Positions 56,788 to 64,000 of a DNA stretch of 64,000 bases are shown piece after piece; the stretch's first letter is position 1, and the number at the start of each line of letters is the position of its first letter. Below the pieces are notes generated by a model. The model had not been told where the DNA came from, made no database searches, and was given only the letters and a program-made list of their open reading frames with translations. The stretch comes from Chloracidobacterium sp. (GTDB lineage: Bacteria; Acidobacteriota; Blastocatellia; Pyrinomonadales; Pyrinomonadaceae), in assembly GCA_043788335.1 (NCBI GenBank), contig JAYVUD010000266.1:1332-65331 (forward strand). The letters are read 5' to 3'. The translations under genes were made by a program, and so were the position numbers.

Positions 56788-57038
56788 ATTATGAGTTACT
56801 CATCTTGCGTCGTGCTCAGAAAGAGTTGGAAGATTTACCGAAAGGTGACTTCGAACGAATGTGCGATACATTGTTAGCCCTCACGGTTCAACCGAGGCCG
56901 TCGGGATGTAAGAAATTGGTCGGGCGTGAAGGTTGGCGAATTCGGTCAGGAAATTTCCGGGCAATCTACGAAATTGATGACTCGAAAAGAATCGTGACCA
57001 TCCTGCATATCGGAAACCGGCGAGACGTATATTCCTAG
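56784..57038 (+). CDS. relE: type II toxin, RelE/ParE superfamily
   Basis: 84 aa; KLVGREGWRIRSGNFRAIYEIDDSKRIVTILHIGNRRDVY is the classic RelE C-terminal pattern. Confidence 0.85.
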   Translation: MNYELLILRRAQKELEDLPKGDFERMCDTLLALTVQPRPSGCKKLVGREGWRIRSGNFRAIYEIDDSKRIVTILHIGNRRDVYS

Positions 57039-57112
57039 TTTTTCGGATCGAATTATCGCTCGAAAAAATCGCATCCGTTCCGTTGTACGACCGGTCGGTT
57101 GAGAGTAGTATT

Positions 57113-57148
57113 AGAGACTGCAAATTCATATTTGTAGTCTCTTTTTTG
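57113..57148 (+). terminator. intrinsic terminator after the toxin-antitoxin pair
   Basis: AGAGACTGCA (57113..57122) pairs with TGTAGTCTCT (57133..57142; one G-U pair), followed by TTTTT. Confidence 0.65.
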
Positions 57149-57217
57149 TCCTCAAAAACGGCATCTTTACCCCGCCGATTTTGACTTTTCTTACATTTTA
57201 CGGAGCATTATCACACG

Positions 57218-58579
57218 ATGGCGAGCGTTTTCCCCGATTCACGACGAGAGCAATTCCTTGAAAGATCGCTGCCGAGCAGCGAGGAGAGCGAGCGTGTCAT
57301 TCTGGGAGCGATCTTGCTCGACAACAGTGTGATCGCGCAGGCTGTCGAGCATTTGAAACCGGAGGATTTCTATTCTCCGCTCAATCGACGTGTTTTCGCC
57401 GCGATGATCGCCCTGTTCGAGAAACAAAAGCAGATCGACCCGATCCTGATCGGCGAGGAACTCAAAAAAGAAGGCTCGCTCGAATCGATCGGCGGCACGT
57501 CGACGATCACCAATCTCACATTCGGACTGCCGCATTTTTCGAACGTCGAGGAATATATCAAGGTCGTCCGCGAAAAATCGGTGATGCGGAACCTGATCCG
57601 CACCTGCAACTCGATCACGGGCGAGGCACTGGCCGAAGAGGACGAGGCGGAAAATATCCTCGACAACGCTGAGCGAATGATCTTTGCTCTCGCCGAGGCA
57701 CGAACGCGGCAGGGGTTTTCGCGGATCGCTCCGGTGGCTGAGAGCATCGTGATCCGGGCTAAAGCACACGCCGAGAACAATTCGACCGGCATCACCGGCC
57801 TCTCTACCGGTTTTTTCGAACTCGACGATATGACCTCAGGATTTCAGCGGACCGATCTCGTCATCATCGCCGGCCGGCCGTCGATGGGAAAGACCGCTCT
57901 CTGCCTGACGCTCGCTCAAAATGCAGCGTTGCAGTCGAACGCCGTCGTTGCCGTATTTTCGCTCGAAATGTCCAAGGAGCAGCTCGTCACACGTATGCTC
58001 TGCTCCGAAGCACGCATCAACGCTCATCGGTTTCGCACCGGGCACCTGATAACCAGCGAATGGGCGCGGCTCGCTCAGGCGGTCGGCACGTTGTCGGACG
58101 CACGTCTGTTTATTGACGACACGCCCGGTATTTCCGTGCTCGAGATGCGTGCAAAATGCCGCCGTCTGGCCGCCGAGCAAAAGCAGATCGATCTGATCGT
58201 TGTCGATTACCTGCAGCTGATGAGCGGCGGCAAACGCACCGAATCTCGTCAGCAGGAAGTCTCGCAGATCTCGCGTGAGCTCAAGGGGCTGGCCAAGGAG
58301 CTCAATGTCCCGGTCGTCGCTCTGTCGCAGCTCTCGCGTGCCCCTGAGGCCCGCAACCCGCCCAGACCGTTGATGTCCGACCTTCGCGAATCGGGAAGTA
58401 TCGAGCAGGACGCTGACGTCGTCGGATTTATCTATCGCGAGGAATATTACAAACCCGAAACCGAAATTCCCGGTATCGCCGAGCTGATCATAGCCAAACA
58501 GCGAAACGGCCCGACCGGCACCGTCAAACTCGCATTCCTCAGAGAGTTTACGCGTTTCGAAAATTTTTACAGCGGCTAG
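57218..58579 (+). CDS. dnaB: replicative DNA helicase
   Basis: [19 protein letters not shown], Walker [23 protein letters not shown]. 453 aa, with no intein. Confidence 0.95.
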   Translation: MASVFPDSRREQFLERSLPSSEESERVILGAILLDNSVIAQAVEHLKPEDFYSPLNRRVFAAMIALFEKQKQIDPILIGEELKKEGSLESIGGTSTITNLTFGLPHFSNVEEYIKVVREKSVMRNLIRTCNSITGEALAEEDEAENILDNAERMIFALAEARTRQGFSRIAPVAESIVIRAKAHAENNSTGITGLSTGFFELDDMTSGFQRTDLVIIAGRPSMGKTALCLTLAQNAALQSNAVVAVFSLEMSKEQLVTRMLCSEARINAHRFRTGHLITSEWARLAQAVGTLSDARLFIDDTPGISVLEMRAKCRRLAAEQKQIDLIVVDYLQLMSGGKRTESRQQEVSQISRELKGLAKELNVPVVALSQLSRAPEARNPPRPLMSDLRESGSIEQDADVVGFIYREEYYKPETEIPGIAELIIAKQRNGPTGTVKLAFLREFTRFENFYSG

Positions 58580-58639
58580 TCCGCGAAGCCGTCAGAACCA
58601 CCTGCGGTAAGGGGCGGTTGAACGGAAAAACACAAAAAA

Positions 58640-59167
58640 ATGACCACTAACCTAAGGTTCCCGATCGGCGAATTTGACATGGCGTTTGAGACGACCCATC
58701 AGGCTCGTCTTAAACGCATACAGACTATCAGAGAACTGCCGGCACAGTTAACCGCTGCCGTCGTGGGCCTCACCGACAAGCAACTCGATACGCCGTATCG
58801 ACCCGAAGGCTGGACCATTCGGCAGACGGTGCATCACGTCGCGGACAGCCATATCAACTCGGTCATCCGATTCAAACTGGCGTTGACCGAGGAAACGCCG
58901 CCGACGATCAAACCGTACCATCAGGAACTCTGGGCCGAACTCGGCGATAGCAAACTGCCGACCGACGTGTCGCTAAACCTGATCGCCGCTCTGCACACCC
59001 GCTGGGTTGCCCTGCTCGAGTCGATGTCGGAGGCCGATTACAATAAGACGTTCATTCACCCGCATACCGGCGAATGGACGCTTGAGGGCACGCTTGCACT
59101 CTACGCCTGGCACTCGCTGCATCACACGGCACACATTACGAATCTAAGCGAAAGTGAGGGTTGGTAA
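58640..59167 (+). CDS. DinB/YfiT-family metal-dependent hydrolase (bacillithiol-transferase-like)
   Basis: DTPYRPEGWTIRQTVHHVADSHINSVIRFKLALTEE..IKPY and WHSLHHTAHIT are close to my memory of B. subtilis YfiT. Confidence 0.8.
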   Translation: MTTNLRFPIGEFDMAFETTHQARLKRIQTIRELPAQLTAAVVGLTDKQLDTPYRPEGWTIRQTVHHVADSHINSVIRFKLALTEETPPTIKPYHQELWAELGDSKLPTDVSLNLIAALHTRWVALLESMSEADYNKTFIHPHTGEWTLEGTLALYAWHSLHHTAHITNLSESEGW

Positions 59168-59246
59168 CAGGGAAAGCGGCCGCGGATAAACGCGGATAAC
59201 GCTAGTCGGTCTGTGTACGCGGCGATAAGTGTGGTAAAACATTTGC

Positions 59247-60578
59247 ATGCCTGAATCAAAAGATCGGCTCGTATCGCTCGACGTATTTCGCGGAATGACC
59301 ATCGCGGGGATGGTTTTGGTCAATAATCCCGGCGGGTCGCCTGTCTATTGGCCGCTGGATCACGCCGAATGGAACGGCCTGACGCCCACTGATTGGATAT
59401 TTCCGTTTTTCCTATTTATCGTAGGCGTTTCGATCTCGATCTCGCTTGGCAAACGCGTCACGCAAAAGCCTGACGCTCAAGCATATTGGAAGATCGTGTC
59501 ACGCTCCGCGACGATTTATTTGCTCGGAGCGGCGATCTCGATCATCCCCTTCTTTCAGTTCCAAGCGACTGATGCACCTGATGCCATAAAGATATTGGTC
59601 TGGCTCGCGTTTGCGGCGGCTTTATACTTTCTGCTGCTACGAAATTTTAAGATCGCGGCAGCATTTGTGGTTGTCGGTTTGCTAGGTATCGCAGGGCTAA
59701 ATCTCGCCGGATATAACGTCGTTCCCTACAATTACGGCACGCTGCGCATTTTCGGCGTGCTCCAGCGTATCGCGGTTTGTTATCTGGTCACATCGCTAAT
59801 ATTTCTGCACACGAATTGGAAACAACAGGTCGGTATTGCGGTCGTTCTGCTCCTCGGCTACTGGCTTGTGATGACCGTGATACCTGTTCCCGGCTGCGAC
59901 ATAACCAGCATCAGCGACAAAGCCTGCAATCTGGCGGCCTACATCGACCGCTCTGTCCTGACTGAAAATCACATCTGGCGTGGCGGCAAAGTCTATGATC
60001 CCGAAGGCATTCTCTCGACGATCCCCGCGATAGTAACAACGATCTCGGGCGTATTGACGGGACGATGGCTCGTGTCAGAACCGGGAGCGGAAGCGACTGG
60101 GTTTCCGCCTGATGCCAATGCCAACAGCCTTAACAAAGTGAGCGGCTTATTCTTCTTCGGCGTTGCTCTGCTCGCTCTCGGTCTCATCTGGAACAGCTAT
60201 TTCCCGATGAATAAAGCTCTCTGGACAAGCTCCTATGTGCTTGCGACAACCGGCATTGCGTTGCTAACACTTGGGTTTTGTTACTGGCTCATCGACATCA
60301 AGGGCTATCGCAAATGGGCGAAACCCTTTGAGATATTTGGCTCTAACGCTTTGGCTCTTTTTGTTTTCACCGGCATCTTCGCCCGCATGATCGCCGCCTA
60401 TCGTGTCACCGGAGCAGACGGCCAGCTTATTTCAAGTCAGCGTTGGGTAGTGAACCACGTCTATCTGCCGATCTGGAACCCAATCGATGCTTCGCTGGCA
60501 TTTGCCATCAGCTTTATCCTATTTTGGCTGTTCCTGATGTGGCTGCTGTACCGGAAGAGGATATACATTAAGGTCTAA
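59247..60578 (+). CDS. polytopic membrane acyltransferase-like protein (heparan-alpha-glucosaminide N-acetyltransferase-like, DUF5009/DUF1624)
   Basis: RLVSLDVFRGMTIAGMVLVNNPG N-terminus and about 11 TM segments. Confidence 0.75.
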   Translation: MPESKDRLVSLDVFRGMTIAGMVLVNNPGGSPVYWPLDHAEWNGLTPTDWIFPFFLFIVGVSISISLGKRVTQKPDAQAYWKIVSRSATIYLLGAAISIIPFFQFQATDAPDAIKILVWLAFAAALYFLLLRNFKIAAAFVVVGLLGIAGLNLAGYNVVPYNYGTLRIFGVLQRIAVCYLVTSLIFLHTNWKQQVGIAVVLLLGYWLVMTVIPVPGCDITSISDKACNLAAYIDRSVLTENHIWRGGKVYDPEGILSTIPAIVTTISGVLTGRWLVSEPGAEATGFPPDANANSLNKVSGLFFFGVALLALGLIWNSYFPMNKALWTSSYVLATTGIALLTLGFCYWLIDIKGYRKWAKPFEIFGSNALALFVFTGIFARMIAAYRVTGADGQLISSQRWVVNHVYLPIWNPIDASLAFAISFILFWLFLMWLLYRKRIYIKV

Positions 60579-60597
60579 AAAGATCACCCACTAAACA

Positions 60598-60645
60598 CAC
60601 GAAAATCACGAAAAAGAGAGTCCGTCCTATTTCGTGCTTTTCGTG
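60598..60645. repeat. 16-bp inverted repeat CACGAAAATCACGAAA / TTTCGTGCTTTTCGTG between convergent genes
   Basis: 15 of 16 positions are complementary, with a 16-nt loop. It could act as a bidirectional terminator, but it lacks clean T-runs. Confidence 0.6.
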
Positions 60646-60669
60646 AATTTCGCGGGAAAATTCCTCCGT

Positions 60670-62907
60670 CTACTTTATCTCGAAATTGCGGATCTCCGCC
60701 GCCAGGTCTTTCGAGAGTTGGAGTTTTTGGGCGTCGAGCGTTTTGCGTTCTTTTTCGAGTTCCTCGATGCGGGTTTCCTGGTCGTTGGCCTTGGCGATGT
60801 AGCGGGCGATCAGGGTTTTGGCTTCGGCGGTTTTGGACAGAGCCTCGATGTTTTCGCGGAGCCGTTTTTGGTCGGACTCGATCTTGCTGACCTCGTCGTC
60901 AAACGACTCGAGCCGTGCCTCGACACTGGCCATCTGTGAGCGAATTTCAACGATCTTGTCGAGTTTGGCCCGGACGGTGTCATTGATATAGCCGCGGGTC
61001 ATGAATAGGGCAAGGTCGACCTTGGAAAGGTTGGTCAATTGGTAGGTGTCCATCAGCGGTTGACGGAACGATATTTTGAAAGTTTTTTCCTCAAGCGAGC
61101 CTAGCTCGACGCGGAATCGGTAAAATTTCTGGGTCGTATACGCCGGTTTCGGCGTGTCGTCGCCGAGTTCCCATCCGTCGCGGATCGGCACCTCGATATA
61201 CATCACCTTTGGCCGTTCGGTCTGGTTGGAGATCTCATAGGTCTTCTGCTCGCCCTTAAAATAATGAACCTGAAAAATGCCATTGACCGCAGTGACCAAC
61301 TTGGCCGGCTCGCGGTCGCCGGTCTGGCGGACACGGACGTGGGTGCCGAGGTCGAGAGCGAACGAGATCAAACGCTGCTCTTTGGGCTTTAAGCGTTCCA
61401 TCAGGGCCTCGCCGGCATAGGCGTTGCCGTCGATGACGGTGAGGCTGCCGCTCTCGAGCGTCAGGTTGGTCAGATTTTTGAGCAGGACGCCGCTGTACGG
61501 ACGGTCCTGACGGACGGACTCGTTGTAGACAGAGACACGTTCGCCGTCCATCTTGGTCTGGACGATCGGGATCAGTGCCGAACGGTCACGCATCAAGGTC
61601 ACAGGCTGTTCGATCCGGTATTCGAAAAGGTCGCCGATCTCCTCGCCGGTGGCCGCCGTTTGCACACCGGAATTGGTACTGGTCAGAGCATCGCTCACGG
61701 TTGTATTGCTGATAGTGGAGCTATTGCTATTCAGAATGCCTGTTCGGAAGTTAGAAACCTCCTGTCCGTCAACTACAAAGCTATTCTGCGACGCCGTCGA
61801 TCCTGGTGACATCGCAACCAGGTTCTGCGTGTTTCGACCGTTCATCGGCAACTGACTGACCTCTCTGGAGCTCACATTCGAAGAGATGCCGGAGTTTGTC
61901 TCATTTGCAGGGCTGCCCGATCCACGTCCGGTACCGCCCTGCGGCTCGTAGATCTGCGGCTGTAGCTGTAGATCGGACGGTGTCGGGACGATCGGGCGAT
62001 AGCGGTAAAACGGTTTCTGGAGCTGCTGGATAAACGATATCGGTGAACCCGAGACGAGCGAGAGTTGGACGCTCTGCCAGTCTTCGTCGCTGATGTTGTC
62101 GACGATCGCCCACCCCTGGAAAAACGGCTTGCCCTCGGCGTCGAGAACGACACGGTAGGTCGTTTTCCAGATCGGGGCGGCAATGGTGTAGCTGACGACC
62201 ATCTCACGCTGTCCAGTGCCCTGGGACGTGACGGTGATGGTCTTGGCGTCGAGACGGCGGGTCGAGGCGGTGGCGTTGGCAAATTCGTTAACGTCCTTTC
62301 GCGTGCCTTCGTCGAGCAGTTTGACGCTGCGGACGTCGGCGAGATCAAAGCTCGAGATCTCGCCGCTCTCGGACGCGATCACCAGAACGCTGGTCATCTG
62401 CGTCTCTTTTTCGGTCTTGATCTGTTTGCGTTCGATGGTGAGGATCGAGCCCGTCGCTGTACCCTTGGTCGACGACACGATCACCTTGGCACCCTGCAAT
62501 TGCGACAGCACCGACGATATGCCCCCGCCATCGCCCGAGACAGGGTTAACCGAAAACGGTATCTCCGACATCCGCGACGCGATGGGTGCCGATGAATTGT
62601 AGCTGACCGCTCCGATCTTGCCCTGGCCGAGGTCGAGGACGATCATCGATTTTAGGACATCGTCGACCTGCGATTGTTTGAACGACAGGTTAACCTCGGC
62701 GTTGCCGGTGACGAATCCGCGGCGTTCGATATAGGCGACGCCATTGGAATAGAGAATGACGCGGCGGATCGGTAATTTGTTTGGATCCTCAGATCTTGCC
62801 GCCGCCGGGGCCGACGCGACCACCGCCGCCCGCCGGGTCCCGCGAACCTGAGCCTGTGCCGAGAGTGAACACACGAGTATCAATAGGGAAATGAGCTGTT
62901 TTCGCAT
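60670..62907 (-). CDS. secreted DUF4140/DUF4139-like protein with a central low-complexity insert and a C-terminal coiled coil
   Basis: Signal peptide. PIRRVILYSNGVAYIERRG (DUF4140-like start). YTIAAPIWKTTYRVVLD. The C-terminal 110 aa or so are heptad-rich (EARLESFDDEVSKIESDQKRLRENIEAL...). Confidence 0.7.
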   Translation of the reverse strand: MRKQLISLLILVCSLSAQAQVRGTRRAAVVASAPAAARSEDPNKLPIRRVILYSNGVAYIERRGFVTGNAEVNLSFKQSQVDDVLKSMIVLDLGQGKIGAVSYNSSAPIASRMSEIPFSVNPVSGDGGGISSVLSQLQGAKVIVSSTKGTATGSILTIERKQIKTEKETQMTSVLVIASESGEISSFDLADVRSVKLLDEGTRKDVNEFANATASTRRLDAKTITVTSQGTGQREMVVSYTIAAPIWKTTYRVVLDAEGKPFFQGWAIVDNISDEDWQSVQLSLVSGSPISFIQQLQKPFYRYRPIVPTPSDLQLQPQIYEPQGGTGRGSGSPANETNSGISSNVSSREVSQLPMNGRNTQNLVAMSPGSTASQNSFVVDGQEVSNFRTGILNSNSSTISNTTVSDALTSTNSGVQTAATGEEIGDLFEYRIEQPVTLMRDRSALIPIVQTKMDGERVSVYNESVRQDRPYSGVLLKNLTNLTLESGSLTVIDGNAYAGEALMERLKPKEQRLISFALDLGTHVRVRQTGDREPAKLVTAVNGIFQVHYFKGEQKTYEISNQTERPKVMYIEVPIRDGWELGDDTPKPAYTTQKFYRFRVELGSLEEKTFKISFRQPLMDTYQLTNLSKVDLALFMTRGYINDTVRAKLDKIVEIRSQMASVEARLESFDDEVSKIESDQKRLRENIEALSKTAEAKTLIARYIAKANDQETRIEELEKERKTLDAQKLQLSKDLAAEIRNFEIK

Positions 62908-63194
62908 TGTCTTAAATTCCTTTTATAAAATTGGTGTCGCCGATCCGTCTAAAGGATGAGGTGAATGTACGATTTGGTTGCTTTTGCGACAAAGATCAAG
63001 TCGAAGCTGTCTCAGAAGTCGGCACTATTGAAAATAAACGGAGGATTTAACCGCAAATGACGCAGATGACGCAGATCGTAGAGCAACTTCTAAAATCAGA
63101 TCTGATAAATCCGCTTTCTCCGCGTCATCTGCGGTCAAAAGAACGCCATTTCCTTCCACCTGTCACTTTTAGGACAGCCTAGACTGGGGCACAT

Positions 63195-63233
63195 AAACAA
63201 AAAGAGCACGAACCGAATTTGTCCGGTTCGTGC
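63195..63233 (-). terminator. intrinsic terminator directly after sucC
   Basis: GCACGAACCG (63206..63215) pairs perfectly with CGGTTCGTGC (63224..63233) over 10 bp. CTTTTTGTTT follows on the minus strand. Confidence 0.6.
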
Positions 63234-63264
63234 TTCTTCGCGTTTTTTCGCGGTTAATTTGACC

Positions 63265-64000
63265 TTATGCCGCAGCCGCTACTACCTTGGCGGCGGCGTC
63301 GGCCATGCCTTGGGCGGGGATGATGCCGATGCCGGAGGTTTCGAGCACGCGGCGGCCTTCTTCGACGTTGGTGCCCTCGAGGCGGGCGACGATCGGGATG
63401 GTGACGCCGAGATTTTTAGCCGCGGCGACGACGCCGAGAGCGACCATATCACAGCGGACGATGCCGCCAAAGATATTGATCAGCACGGCCTTGACGTTGG
63501 TGTCGGCGAGCAAGATCTTGAACGCCTGTTCGACGCGTTCCTGCGAGGCACCTCCGCCAACGTCGAGAAAGTTAGCGGGTTCGCCGCCGGCGAGTTTGAT
63601 GATGTCCATCGTCGCCATCGCGAGGCCGGCACCGTTGACCATACAGCCGATATTGCCGTCGAGCTTGATGTAGTTGAGGTCGTGTTTGGACGCCTCGATC
63701 TCGAGCGGTTCTTCCTCGTTCAGGTCACGCAGATCGATAAATCCGCGGTGGCGGAACAGGGCATTGTCGTCAAATGTCAGCTTGGCATCGAGTGCGATCA
63801 GACGGCCGTCCGTCGTCAGCAGAAACGGGTTGATCTCAACCAACGACGCATCCGAACCCTCGTATGCGTCGTAAAGCGAGAGCATAAATTTGGACGCTTG
63901 ACCGATCAGTTCGGCCGGAATCCCGAGGCCGAACGCCAGTTTGCGAGCTTGAAACGGACGAAGGCCGACGGACGGGTCGATCGTTTCTTTGAGTATCAGT
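63265..64000 (-). CDS. sucC: succinate--CoA ligase (ADP-forming) beta subunit, C-terminal part (N-terminus beyond window)
   Basis: [48 protein letters not shown]. The frame is open to position 64000. Confidence 0.9.
   Translation of the reverse strand, partial: LILKETIDPSVGLRPFQARKLAFGLGIPAELIGQASKFMLSLYDAYEGSDASLVEINPFLLTTDGRLIALDAKLTFDDNALFRHRGFIDLRDLNEEEPLEIEASKHDLNYIKLDGNIGCMVNGAGLAMATMDIIKLAGGEPANFLDVGGGASQERVEQAFKILLADTNVKAVLINIFGGIVRCDMVALGVVAAAKNLGVTIPIVARLEGTNVEEGRRVLETSGIGIIPAQGMADAAAKVVAAAA

Overview
All calls below come from reading the six-frame track and the raw sequence by eye; no searches were run. This looks like a chromosomal segment of a moderately GC-rich bacterium. It is probably Acidobacteriota, inferred from two tandem 'VWFA-related acidobacterial domain'-type proteins, delta-60/FG-GAP repeat proteins, a CadC-like wHTH+TPR regulator and many GC-rich palindromes.

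The backbone is housekeeping:
- glgC, mtgA, murB and carB
- ispE - tRNA-Gln - prs - rplY(ctc) - pth
- rpsF - rpsR - rplI - (toxin-antitoxin pair) - dnaB
- sucC (partial)

Accessory content:
- a 1,750-aa BNR-propeller/beta-helix surface protein next to a tetraheme cytochrome c
- an ECF sigma / double-zinc-finger anti-sigma / membrane zinc-ribbon / mini-membrane-protein operon
- an orphan EF-G2-type GTPase
- a 1,009-aa delta-60 + FG-GAP repeat protein, sitting between two gene-free, hairpin-dense segments of about 1 kb and 1.4 kb
- two paralogous TPR proteins bracketing murB
- two visibly AT-richer orphan-gene islets flanking carB
- a cyanophycin cluster (cyanophycinase, cyanophycin synthetase, isoaspartyl peptidase)
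- a MerR-regulator/CopA pair with an unusual N-terminal metal-binding array

I found no rRNA, CRISPR array, or intact transposase, integrase or reverse transcriptase.

Observations most worth a second look:
1. A roughly 100-nt direct duplication of the mtgA 3' end brackets a 1.1-kb single-gene insert.
2. Decayed genes are common: an in-frame TAG in a four-helix-bundle gene, a DNA methyltransferase N-terminal stub with an in-frame TAG, and a GxxExxY stub.
3. A dispersed family of palindromic cassettes (CGCAGAGACGCTGAGACGC type) occurs in at least five intergenic sites.
4. The ECF module has a tandem zf-HC2 anti-sigma factor.
5. Tandem orphan secreted paralogs are followed by a 31-codon hydrophobic micro-ORF.

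I did not find a clear, self-contained new multi-gene system. The candidates listed are hypotheses.
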